DNA of 50,209 nt. Origin: a virus. Its lineage: Duplodnaviria; Caudoviricetes. The notes under the pieces were generated by a model. The model worked only from the letters and a program-made list of their open reading frames with translations. It did not search any database and was not told the DNA's origin. Shown here piece after piece: positions 34,603 through 43,221 of this stretch. How positions within the stretch are numbered: position 1 is the stretch's first letter; the number at the start of each line of letters is the position of its first letter. The stretch covers positions 1 through 50,209 of the IMG/VR virus record IMGVR_UViG_3300027373_000004. The stretch is one strand, 5' to 3'. The translations under genes and the position numbers were made by a program.

Positions 34603-35111
34603 GTCAAGCTACTTTGGTGGTCCGGTTTGGCGAGGGCGCGGACAGCAACGCCTTTGTCGTGGCCGAATTTGATGAGCTGCTCAACGTCTCAGCTGCGGGC
34701 GAGAGCAAATCGTCCTGGCTGCCAGGCGACTCCATCTATTTTTGGGTGCAGCACGATCCGGCCCTGCGTATCGCCTCCATCCTGCCCACCGGTGCGGCCG
34801 GCGATATCGTGGCCTACGGACCAACCAGGAGATCACGTGAGCAGGAACTCTCCTGGCCGGATACGGATACCACCGTTGAGCTGTCGCACATCCCAGCCTC
34901 GACGCCCCTGTTGGCCTGGTATGGCGCACCTGGAACCGGACTGCAGCTGGACAACCGCACCGTGCGGATCACCGGAGGCGCACCCTGCACCTGCGATGCG
35001 ATCATCCCCATCGACGTGCATCTCTACCGGTTTATCCCTCCGCCGCTCGATCTGCCCACCGCTGAGGACAAATACCGGACCATCCTCTACATCACCATGG
35101 AGGCCGCATGA
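34599..35111 (+). CDS. Putative tail protein
   Basis: ATGA coupling; MSQATLVVRFG. Confidence 0.65.
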   Translation: MSQATLVVRFGEGADSNAFVVAEFDELLNVSAAGESKSSWLPGDSIYFWVQHDPALRIASILPTGAAGDIVAYGPTRRSREQELSWPDTDTTVELSHIPASTPLLAWYGAPGTGLQLDNRTVRITGGAPCTCDAIIPIDVHLYRFIPPPLDLPTAEDKYRTILYITMEAA

Positions 35112-35416
35112 TTGCCGTCACCGTCCAACGCGCCCCCGGAGATAAGCCCGGACCGGATATCACCGATCCCCTGCTTACCGCCGATCCCGCCGCCGTTGAG
35201 CGCGGCCGCAACGAGATCGATGCCGTGTGCACCAACCGCGCCACCGGGACCTGCTCCGGGCCGCACCGGCTCTTTGTTCAGCCGGGAGCGCTGGTGGAAT
35301 ATCAGGGCCTGCGGGAGACCTGGAGGGGCATGGTCCGTCGCTGCGCCATTACCATCACCCGCGATGGCGACAGTTTTTCGGCCACCAGATCGCTGGAAAT
35401 CGAGAGGGAACTGTGA
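35108..35416 (+). CDS. Putative tail hub-associated protein
   Basis: ATGA coupling; PDITDPLL...AVERGRNEID. Confidence 0.65.
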   Translation: MIAVTVQRAPGDKPGPDITDPLLTADPAAVERGRNEIDAVCTNRATGTCSGPHRLFVQPGALVEYQGLRETWRGMVRRCAITITRDGDSFSATRSLEIEREL

Positions 35417-35625
35417 TTGTGCTCAACCCTAAACCGGAAGGGCCACAGACCGGAACCGTCATTGGCCGCTTTGCCGGCGGCTATCTGGTGCGCACCGCCT
35501 CCGGCCGCACCATCCGGGCCGAGTCGCCGGAAACCTGGATTATCTCCACTCCGGTCACGGTGCTCGCAGGGCAGATCATTGGCCGCTCCGGCCGTCCCCA
35601 ACCATCTAAAATCTATGAGGTGTGA
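35413..35625 (+). CDS. Small OB-fold-like tail protein
   Basis: GTGA coupling; QTGTVI...VRTASGRTIRA...VTVLAGQIIG. Confidence 0.55.
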   Translation: MIVLNPKPEGPQTGTVIGRFAGGYLVRTASGRTIRAESPETWIISTPVTVLAGQIIGRSGRPQPSKIYEV

Positions 35626-35654
35626 CATGCAAAAAACTACCGTTGGAGTACGCC

Positions 35655-36068
35655 GTGACGCCTATTGAACCGCTGGACAAAGAGAAAATCGATGCTGTGG
35701 TAGGGCTGGCAAAATGGTTCAGCGGCATTGCTGCCGCCATTTGGCTAGCCTCAAAGACGATTTTTAAAACCGGGATGAAAGCCGGGGAAGAAAAACGGAA
35801 ATACGAAGAGCTGAATGAAGATGTCGATGCGCTGGAAAAACAAAATGGCGGATATCTCACAAAAACGGAGCATGAAAGCCTGTCTCGGTATTGCCGCCTG
35901 GAGATCGAACACATGATCGATGCCAGGATCCACAATGCCCTCACCGATCTCCGCCAGGAAATGGGGACCATGAACGGCAATATCTGCAAAATTTTGGGTG
36001 CCATGAACATCGAGCCAGTTGAACCGGGCCAGCGGCGACGATCAGACGCCCAGGAGGATAGAGCATGA
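35655..36068 (+). CDS. Single-TM + coiled-coil protein, candidate holin
   Basis: AVVGLAKWFSGIAAAIWLA; immediately upstream of the endolysin; GGAG RBS. Confidence 0.5.
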   Translation: MTPIEPLDKEKIDAVVGLAKWFSGIAAAIWLASKTIFKTGMKAGEEKRKYEELNEDVDALEKQNGGYLTKTEHESLSRYCRLEIEHMIDARIHNALTDLRQEMGTMNGNICKILGAMNIEPVEPGQRRRSDAQEDRA

Positions 36069-36391
36069 GCAAAAAATGGAGTGAGCTGGGATTATACCAG
36101 GAAGAGTTTACCGAAGCAGTGGCGCAACTAATCGTCTATGCCGCCAAAAATGGAATCAGGCTGCGCCTAAAGGACGCTTATCGTGATCCTCGAGTGCACG
36201 GTGCGTGGGGCAAGAAAGCGGGCTACGGGGCCGCAAACTCCTGCCATAAGGTAAGCCTGGCTGTGGATCTGTGGACGCTTGCCCCGATCAACCATCAATA
36301 CCTGCACGACTACTGGGACACCATCGGCGGCGCCCCAAGAATCGCGGACGATATGGGCCACCACAGTTTCGAGTGGCAGGGATATCGATAA
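36065..36391 (+). CDS. Endolysin, M15-family (L-Ala-D-Glu-type) metallopeptidase
   Basis: AYRD...NSCHKVSLAVDL (SxHxxxxAxD)...DMGHHS. Confidence 0.85.
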   Translation: MSKKWSELGLYQEEFTEAVAQLIVYAAKNGIRLRLKDAYRDPRVHGAWGKKAGYGAANSCHKVSLAVDLWTLAPINHQYLHDYWDTIGGAPRIADDMGHHSFEWQGYR

Positions 36392-36412
36392 TCAATAGCG
36401 GAGGTAAAAATA

Positions 36413-36751
36413 ATGCCAAAATTCAGGACTAAACCGGTGGTGATTGAAGCAATCCAGTTTGATGGGGCCAATCGCGCAGCCGTTGCCGAATTTACCAAAG
36501 GAGAATCTTTGAGCTCCTGGACCATGGCCGAGATAGACACCATAACAATCCCGACTCTCGGAGGTGAAATGCAGGCTGCAAAAATGGATTGGATTATCAA
36601 AGGAGTGAGAGGGGAGTTCTACTCCTGCAAACCAGATATTTTTTCCGCTACATATGAAGAGGTCGAAGTTATTGATCCGTGTGATGGTTGCAATCAATCT
36701 CCAGCAGTATGCACAGGTCCCAGTAACTGCAATATTTTAATAAGGCGTTAA
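36413..36751 (+). CDS. Phage protein, PGDYG-like family, with Cys-rich tail
   Basis: KFRTKPVVIEAIQFDG...IPTLGGEM...DWIIKGVRGEFYSCKPDIF..TYE. Confidence 0.85.
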   Translation: MPKFRTKPVVIEAIQFDGANRAAVAEFTKGESLSSWTMAEIDTITIPTLGGEMQAAKMDWIIKGVRGEFYSCKPDIFSATYEEVEVIDPCDGCNQSPAVCTGPSNCNILIRR

Positions 36752-36822
36752 GCTAGCGCCACAACGAGGCTGCTACTCATTTGAGTGGCAGGTATATCGG
36801 ACAACTAACAACGAGGAACACT

Positions 36823-37179
36823 ATGAGATACATCGCGATCGCACTATCAAGTCTACTTATTCTGGCCGGCACCGCCTTCGCCGTCCAGGTGACCAAGCAA
36901 ATCACGGTCATTTGGGATTATCCCGTGGCTGCCGAGGATACCATTGCCGGATTTAAAGTGTTCAACCAGGACGCCGGAGCCCCAATCTTCGACAACATCA
37001 GCCCCTCACAGCGCACAGTATCAGGGCCATATACCTATGACGACTCTGTTCCGCAGTCTTTCCATATCGTTTCGTTCGGGGCAGACGGTCAGCAGTCAAC
37101 CCCGTCGAATATCAAGACGGTGACTCCGCCGTACAAGCCATTGGTTGGAGTGGGAACCTTCACCATCGAGCTGAAATAG
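36823..37179 (+). CDS. Secreted fibronectin type III-like protein
   Basis: Signal peptide ending AFA; TVIWDY...IAGFKVF...QSTPSN. Confidence 0.7.
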   Translation: MRYIAIALSSLLILAGTAFAVQVTKQITVIWDYPVAAEDTIAGFKVFNQDAGAPIFDNISPSQRTVSGPYTYDDSVPQSFHIVSFGADGQQSTPSNIKTVTPPYKPLVGVGTFTIELK

Positions 37180-37181
37180 AC

Positions 37182-37517
37182 ATGAAGCGGTGGACGCTTG
37201 TCCTCTCCATACTGGCCGTGGCGACAGCATGCTTTGGTCAACCCATTCATGTTGAATGGGGTTACACGCCTCCCAGCTCGCCAGCCGTCACTGGATATAA
37301 GCTCTATCAGGAAGGGGTGCAGACCTGCACATTTCCAGGAGTGGAAACGATGGCTGGAGACTGCGATGTGGTGCTGATCAAAGAGACAACCGCCTTTACC
37401 CTCACCGCCATTTTCAGCGATAACACCGAGAGCCCGCATTCGGCGCCGTTTTTGTTTACCGCGCCCATGGAAGCGGCAAAGCCGGTGATCAAAACGATTA
37501 CGCTTATCCAGGAGTAA
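37182..37517 (+). CDS. Secreted fibronectin type III-like protein
   Basis: Signal peptide; VEWGY...VTGYKLY...FTLTA...ESPHS. Confidence 0.7.
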   Translation: MKRWTLVLSILAVATACFGQPIHVEWGYTPPSSPAVTGYKLYQEGVQTCTFPGVETMAGDCDVVLIKETTAFTLTAIFSDNTESPHSAPFLFTAPMEAAKPVIKTITLIQE

Positions 37518-37561
37518 TCATGCCTATAATCACCATCAAAATCGTGGAGTGAGCCGAGCCG

Positions 37562-38857
37562 ATGACAAAGCATGCAGCCATCTGCCAAAGTGACACTTTC
37601 TGGGATGCGTGTGATTGGACCACTTACGACGGAACAGTTATCACAAACTCGACCGAGAGGGATGCTTATTATTATTGCAAGTACACCACGCTTGCAGCTT
37701 ATGACACCGCAAAAGCTCGCAACCTATCCGAACCAGAGGTGTGTGAAATACTCGGCCCATGGACCACGCCGCATGCTGCATATAATGGCTCAACGGCGTG
37801 GGGAACATCTGAAATCATCAATCTTTTATTCGTCACTGTTGGGGTTGCGCGGCACGCAGGTAAATATCCGATCGGAAACGAATTCCGGATAGAAGATTCT
37901 GCTTTATGTTGGAACGTACGAACGCTAAACACAACGGTTGATGGGGTTGCAGCATATAATACTGGCACTGCTAGTTCGGTATTCTCAATACTTAATACAA
38001 AAATTAACTGTGGATTTAAGAATTGTATAGCTAAAGGCGGTTTGTATGGATTTGACTTAGGTTCGATATCAGCAGGTTACGGAGGTTTTTTTGCCATAAA
38101 CTGTATAGCTGTAAACTCATACAGTTCTGGTTTCAGATTTGATGGTGTGCCATATTTTATAACAATACTTTCGAACTGTGTTGCGTACAATTGCAACACT
38201 TCTAACGCAAACTATAATGGAGGCTTTGCTGTACGTATTAGCGCACAAGGCGGACATTCAATATTGATAAATTGTATTTCAATATCAAACAGTTATTATG
38301 ATTTTTATTTATATACATATTCAGCAAATATTCAATTTAAAAACTGCATATCAAGCGATTTAACTGCAAACTGGACAGATTGTTATACAGGCAAGACAGC
38401 TGGCGAAATCTTCACCGACGCAACTAATGGTGATTTTTCAATTCCTTTGTCGTCATTTGCAAAAGATATAGGAGTTTTTATCACCGGTGTTACCCCTGAT
38501 AAGGATATCAGGAACACCTATAGAAACCCGGCCGCTATTGATATTGGTGCGTGGGAGTATGACACCGGGTATACGCCACCAGCAGAGCAAACCATCCTCA
38601 CCATCACCGCCAATGTCTCTCTGGTAGGGGCCGAGGTCCGAATCTATGACCTCGACACCTCGGACGGTACTTTCGGCACGGAACTTTCTGGCACCGAATC
38701 CCACACCAGCGCCACCTACACCTACACCGGCCTGCGCAACAACATTATTGCCCTCCAGATTATGCAGACTGGATATGAAGAGTTTCTGCAAACCCTGACA
38801 TTGGAAAACCCCACGCAATCACTCAGCGTCGCCCTCAAGGCAGACGTCAACGCATAG
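37562..38857 (+). CDS. Right-handed parallel beta-helix (pectin-lyase-like) protein, putative receptor-binding/depolymerase
   Basis: Repeated (K/I/S)NC(I/V) rungs; closing GDFSI...D.G...DIR..YR....IDIGAWEY; AT-rich core. Confidence 0.75.
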   Translation: MTKHAAICQSDTFWDACDWTTYDGTVITNSTERDAYYYCKYTTLAAYDTAKARNLSEPEVCEILGPWTTPHAAYNGSTAWGTSEIINLLFVTVGVARHAGKYPIGNEFRIEDSALCWNVRTLNTTVDGVAAYNTGTASSVFSILNTKINCGFKNCIAKGGLYGFDLGSISAGYGGFFAINCIAVNSYSSGFRFDGVPYFITILSNCVAYNCNTSNANYNGGFAVRISAQGGHSILINCISISNSYYDFYLYTYSANIQFKNCISSDLTANWTDCYTGKTAGEIFTDATNGDFSIPLSSFAKDIGVFITGVTPDKDIRNTYRNPAAIDIGAWEYDTGYTPPAEQTILTITANVSLVGAEVRIYDLDTSDGTFGTELSGTESHTSATYTYTGLRNNIIALQIMQTGYEEFLQTLTLENPTQSLSVALKADVNA

Positions 38858-38866
38858 GAGCGAGTC

Positions 38867-40369
38867 ATGGCTTTAATCGACCACACCAACTACACCACCA
38901 CTCTCAAGCAGTCCACCAATCCCAGGGGCTCCAGCCCCAACGGCAATGTCTATTTCGATGTAGCCAATAACGAGATTCAGTTGATTGGGGTTGATGAACT
39001 AGCCACTGTGGATTTCGGAGCGGGAGCAGTCACTAATCCGCTTAATAACGCCGACGGTATCACGATGCGGGGCGTGTACAATTTCGAAAACGCCCGCCGT
39101 CGTCTCGATGAAAATTTACGCAAGTACAAGCGGGGCACCGATGGCGATTACCGATTTTCCGGTGCATTCAACTTCGTCAACGGCGTCAAGTTGGACGGCA
39201 CTGACCGGGCGAAGATCAGGGGTAGCGGATTCATTGAATTTGCCAATACCGGCGGCGGCCAGACAGCCAAGGACCGCATCTACCACGGCGTAAAGAGCCT
39301 CAACGCAATCCAGGCCGGGACCACTTCTTATTATACCCTGGCCGCCGATACTGCCGAGGCCACGCTCCAGGCTGCAACCTGGACCAATTTCAGCCGCACC
39401 GGCAGCATCAACGAGGTGGTTCAGGTCTACGGCGATACCTCCTATGGCGATTCAGGGGCCGGTGATTTCGACTATACCGCTTCGGTGCTGGTGGTGCGTA
39501 CCCGATCATGGGGATACAACGCCGGTGAAACCACTTCCGTTTTAACTGGGATCACTGAGTTTTCCGGGTTCAGTGCTGGGTATGGTGTGGGCGAAACTCT
39601 CAACAGCGACAACAGTTACACCCTGGCCGATGTCTACGGGGCTGGTAAGATCGCGCCCTGGACCGGCATGAGCCTGGAACGGTTGGCCGTTGCGGCCACA
39701 AAGACCGGATTCAACGAGGCGGACGGTGCGTTTCGGTGGGTGCTCAACAACACCGGCGGCGGCACGGTCAAGCAGTGCGCGGCCTACCTGGACGCTCTCG
39801 CCTTGCAGGATGTTGATATCGACATCGGCACCGGAGTGTACAACGGTAAGAAGGGCCGCCTCTGGTATAGCCGCAACGCCGCAGGTAAGGTTGTCACCTC
39901 TTCCATCGGCGGCGAGGGTCTGTTTATTGACGGCCTGAGTACCGCCGAGAAGCAGAACATTATCCAGACCGACGACGCCGGGGCGGCAAAGACCTACCCC
40001 TATTTCCCGGAGGTGCAGATTGCGGTCGGGGCCGCTGCAGTGGCTGACCTCAACGCCTGGTATCATGTCTTCTATGCCGACGGAGCAGCCGGGGCTGACT
40101 TCGACACCGCTTCCGCCGTCACGGTCAACGATTCGGACAATCAACCGGTCAAGGGCAATGTCAGCACCGATGCCGTGGCCGGCAAGATCAATTTTGCCTA
40201 CAGCTACGACACCAACACCCAGGCCGGCTTGTCTGCGGGCGTGGACAAGGATATGGTGGTGCTGGTGGAAGGCGATGGAGGGGCTGGCCAGGCCATTGCC
40301 TTCTTCACCGTTACCCGTTCGGAGGTCGTCGCGGTATCCTGTGCGCCGACCACGGAAACCAACGCATGA
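38867..40369 (+). CDS. Putative virion structural protein (500 aa, Gly/Thr/Ala-rich)
   Basis: AGGAG RBS; beta-rich composition; no signal peptide. Confidence 0.65.
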   Translation: MALIDHTNYTTTLKQSTNPRGSSPNGNVYFDVANNEIQLIGVDELATVDFGAGAVTNPLNNADGITMRGVYNFENARRRLDENLRKYKRGTDGDYRFSGAFNFVNGVKLDGTDRAKIRGSGFIEFANTGGGQTAKDRIYHGVKSLNAIQAGTTSYYTLAADTAEATLQAATWTNFSRTGSINEVVQVYGDTSYGDSGAGDFDYTASVLVVRTRSWGYNAGETTSVLTGITEFSGFSAGYGVGETLNSDNSYTLADVYGAGKIAPWTGMSLERLAVAATKTGFNEADGAFRWVLNNTGGGTVKQCAAYLDALALQDVDIDIGTGVYNGKKGRLWYSRNAAGKVVTSSIGGEGLFIDGLSTAEKQNIIQTDDAGAAKTYPYFPEVQIAVGAAAVADLNAWYHVFYADGAAGADFDTASAVTVNDSDNQPVKGNVSTDAVAGKINFAYSYDTNTQAGLSAGVDKDMVVLVEGDGGAGQAIAFFTVTRSEVVAVSCAPTTETNA

Positions 40370-40692
40370 TCACCGTACTACGGACGCAACAGCTTTTTAT
40401 TGATTTGCCCACTCCAGGTAGTGAGCCGTGGGTCAATATCATTGTCCAGCGGGTTGAATACGATGATCAGTTACAGCCGATGAATGTGGTGGACCGATGG
40501 GGGCAGGTCAATGCCCGTTTGAGTTCCATTGCTCTCAACACCTATCCGCTTAACGATCCGGTGCAGCCAGCGGCAGGGATGATTTCCGCCGCTGGCATTG
40601 CCGAGGCCCTGACCATGGCGGCAATTGACTTGATCATCAAAAAGTACGGTGGCCGGTACGATGCCGCAACCGGCCTCATCATGGTGGAGTGA
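40366..40692 (+). CDS. Hypothetical protein
   Basis: ATGA coupling; 108 aa. Confidence 0.7.
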   Translation: MITVLRTQQLFIDLPTPGSEPWVNIIVQRVEYDDQLQPMNVVDRWGQVNARLSSIALNTYPLNDPVQPAAGMISAAGIAEALTMAAIDLIIKKYGGRYDAATGLIMVE

Positions 40693-40695
40693 GCG

Positions 40696-41181
40696 ATGGC
40701 CCTGATTGATCACATCGACCCGATAGCGCGGGATATTTATTTGAGTGCCGACACCGTCGGGGCATCCATCCATCCGATTGATTTGTATCGAGAGGCCCGG
40801 ACGTTGCGGCGCACGGTTGAAGCCCTGCGGATGTACCCGAATTTTCTTACCGCCAAAGGTAACGACGATAAGGGCGGAGGGACTGCGACGGAGCGGTATG
40901 TGGTTTTGCTACAAGGCACCCGCATCATCCCCTACAATGTCAGCCACACCTTGACGGTGACCGGGACCATTATCACCGATGACGGCCAGAGTGGCATCGC
41001 CTGTTTCGACCGCTCGCCGTTGAGCGCAACGACTCGGGTTGATATCAACTACGTTCCCCCACAGGTGGAGGTCATCATGGTTTCAGGGGGGTCCGGGTTG
41101 TCGTCCGATGAGCGGGCAAAACTCTTGAGCATTCCGACCGCACCAGCTAACGCGGCTGCGGTATGGGAGTATCAACGCTAA
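40696..41181 (+). CDS. Putative structural protein, partial paralogue of 38867..40369
   Basis: Shares MALIDH and Y-x6-RR-x2-E-x-LR-x-Y; ends NAAAVWEY. Confidence 0.65.
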   Translation: MALIDHIDPIARDIYLSADTVGASIHPIDLYREARTLRRTVEALRMYPNFLTAKGNDDKGGGTATERYVVLLQGTRIIPYNVSHTLTVTGTIITDDGQSGIACFDRSPLSATTRVDINYVPPQVEVIMVSGGSGLSSDERAKLLSIPTAPANAAAVWEYQR

Positions 41182-41483
41182 TGGATGCCTGGGAATCTCT
41201 CCTGGCCGGATCGACCATCACGGACGGCGACGCCTGGGAACATTTGCAGGCGCAAGGCGGCGGTGGAGAAAATCAAATTGTCTACGTCACTGGCGGCCTG
41301 GAGGCAACCATGGAAAACACGCTAATGTCCGCAACCATTCATACCGGTGAACTCCAGGCAACATTGGTTGACATTGGCGATCTATCCGCCACTGGCCAGG
41401 AAATAATCCTCACTGGCACCATCAAAGATGCAGATTTAACCGGGACTATCACCAAATCAGAATTATCAGGAGTGATCGAATGA
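41181..41483 (+). CDS. Hypothetical protein with ~9-aa beta repeats
   Basis: TAATG coupling; DAWExL twice, then repeated L-x-[AG]-T. Confidence 0.65.
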   Translation: MDAWESLLAGSTITDGDAWEHLQAQGGGGENQIVYVTGGLEATMENTLMSATIHTGELQATLVDIGDLSATGQEIILTGTIKDADLTGTITKSELSGVIE

Positions 41484-41845
41484 CCACAATGACCACCGGA
41501 GACAGCCGCCTGTACAGTGTCGATCTTTTCATGCCCGATGGATCGACATTTATAATCGATCCCTTAAAGGACACGGTGCAGGTAGCCCTGGTCAGTAAAG
41601 ATCTATTGACAAAATACACCGAACCAATGGCCGTTTTAAGCACCATGCCGGGAGCGGATTGGGCTAAATCAAAAGTAGCTTTCAAGTTCCCTCAAGCGGC
41701 AACATCAGGCATAGTCTTCGCTGCGCGTCAAAAAATAATAGAGGCCGTTCTGGAGGTACAAGTTACCTTCAATTCGGGGGGGGATGCCGATGATTGGACG
41801 TGGAGAATCGAGAAAATAATGCTTGTTAAGGGAAACATCCCATGA
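41480..41845 (+). CDS. Hypothetical beta-sandwich protein (BppU-N-like)
   Basis: GDS....V.L...DG...LEVQVT pattern; AGGAG RBS. Confidence 0.5.
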   Translation: MTTMTTGDSRLYSVDLFMPDGSTFIIDPLKDTVQVALVSKDLLTKYTEPMAVLSTMPGADWAKSKVAFKFPQAATSGIVFAARQKIIEAVLEVQVTFNSGGDADDWTWRIEKIMLVKGNIP

Positions 41846-42069
41846 TCGTCCACCACCTCACCATAACCGACCATTGCCGGGGTCCGCACCTCTGCCACGC
41901 CTGCGAGGTATTACAGCCTGGTCTGGTCGATGCCTGCCGGCGCGGTCCGGTCGTCATCCAAGAGTGGGCAGCGCGGGAACGCGGCGGGGATATCTCGGCG
42001 CTGATAACCTGCTGCCCGGAGCGGGCTATTTGGGTGAGGCCTATCGATGGGCGGCAATGTATCGGATAA
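41842..42069 (+). CDS. Single-cluster ferredoxin-like protein
   Basis: ITDHCRGPHLCHAC...P...CCPERAIWV; ATGA coupling. Confidence 0.6.
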   Translation: MIVHHLTITDHCRGPHLCHACEVLQPGLVDACRRGPVVIQEWAARERGGDISALITCCPERAIWVRPIDGRQCIG

Positions 42070-42084
42070 ACGCCTCCGGCTGAA

Positions 42085-42101
42085 TGGTAACTTTTGGTAA
42101 C
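42085..42101. repeat. Tandem TGGTAAC (putative arm-type sites)
   Basis: TGGTAAC-TTT-TGGTAAC, ~50 bp inside attR. Confidence 0.55.
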
Positions 42102-42141
42102 CGCAAACGATGGTTATTAATTAGCTAACATCTTTAAACTA

Positions 42142-43152
42142 TTAGTTTTTAACCGAATAAAGCAGCTCTTCGTAGGCTGCCGTCAGGCGGATGAACTGCT
42201 CGGTATCGCCGCCCTTGTCCGGATGAAGCTCGTGCGCTTTTTGCCGGTAGATGCGGGTAAGATCCTTTTTGCGCATGGTTGCCAATTGCTCCGCGTTGAG
42301 TCCGAACAGGGCAAAGGCCTGGGCGCGCAATATCTTGCCGGAAACGGCGTAACCGCCCCCCTGGAAACGCCGGGAACGCCCAGCACGCGAAAAACGGGAC
42401 CAAGCGGCCGGTTCTTCCGGTCCGGCATCGAAATACATGATCAGATAGCGGACCAGGGAGTAGGGCAGACAGCCGGTTTGGGGAAACCCCTGCCAGAAGT
42501 CGGCATCAGCCGCCAAGCAGCAGATCTCCTCAACAAAAAGAGTGTCCAACCGCTCTCGGTTGAGCGCCTGGGGAATCGACCGGGCATAACTCTCCTGAAA
42601 AAACCGCTGGAGATCGAACACAGCGAACAAATAGCTCTGATACTCCCGAGGCGGCAGGGCCTGCTCGCGCGCCAGAATCAGCTGCTCGATCTCGTCCCGG
42701 CTCTTGTCGAGCAGAATCGTGTACAGGGCCGAGGTTTTGTCAACGGTTTCCGCCGAAGTCCGCCCCATGCGGAGAAAGTGAATTCTTCTCCGGTCAATGG
42801 CATGGGTTTCGGTCATTGCCCGAAGAAGCAAGGCCTGATCAGCCGGCTGCCAGTTGTGGTAGGCGTGCCGGTTACGAAACGGTCGCAACCTGTTTCTAAT
42901 GTAGGGATCGACAAAGGGAAAGAACAGTTCCTCAAGCTCGTCATAGGAAGCGGTCACCCCTTGCTCACGCAGGCGGTGCAGAAAATCCTCTTCGATATGG
43001 AAAGACGATTCACCGGAATAGACAAGGCATTGGCCGGGATCGGAACCCAGTTCAGCCAGTTCGCGGGAGTAGAGGATGCCGCCGCTGCGGTACGTTTCCC
43101 GGAGCACGTACTGGTACTGCCGCAGCCCAATCTCCTTACGGGCAAGATACAT
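42142..43152 (-). CDS. Host protein with C-terminal J domain (integration target)
   Basis: YRQKAHELHPDKGGDTEQFIRLTAAYEELL (HPD motif). Confidence 0.9.
   Translation of the reverse strand: MYLARKEIGLRQYQYVLRETYRSGGILYSRELAELGSDPGQCLVYSGESSFHIEEDFLHRLREQGVTASYDELEELFFPFVDPYIRNRLRPFRNRHAYHNWQPADQALLLRAMTETHAIDRRRIHFLRMGRTSAETVDKTSALYTILLDKSRDEIEQLILAREQALPPREYQSYLFAVFDLQRFFQESYARSIPQALNRERLDTLFVEEICCLAADADFWQGFPQTGCLPYSLVRYLIMYFDAGPEEPAAWSRFSRAGRSRRFQGGGYAVSGKILRAQAFALFGLNAEQLATMRKKDLTRIYRQKAHELHPDKGGDTEQFIRLTAAYEELLYSVKN
42152..42179. repeat. attR core
   Basis: Identical to 190-217; lies within the 3' end of the J-domain gene. Confidence 0.95.
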
Positions 43153-43221
43153 AGAACAAACTCACAAAAATGAATCGGGGGGCCAAGTAAAGCGCGACTA
43201 TACCCCGTTTCACCTGGCAAC

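Larger units (their letters stand above)
190..42179. mobile_element. Integrated temperate prophage (siphovirus-like, apparently complete; excised circle 41,962 bp)
   Basis: 28-bp terminal direct repeats, with integrase, repressor/cro, replication, terminase, portal, capsid, tail, tape measure and endolysin genes between them. No obvious frameshifted core gene. Confidence 0.96.

Noticed and set aside
37550-37552. Selenocysteine recoding of the in-frame UGA
   Set aside because: No convincing SECIS hairpin after the codon and no redox-motif context
30136-38857. Diversity-generating retroelement or invertible tail-fibre cassette
   Set aside because: No reverse transcriptase, no second recombinase, and no template/variable repeat pair found by eye; a self dot-plot would confirm
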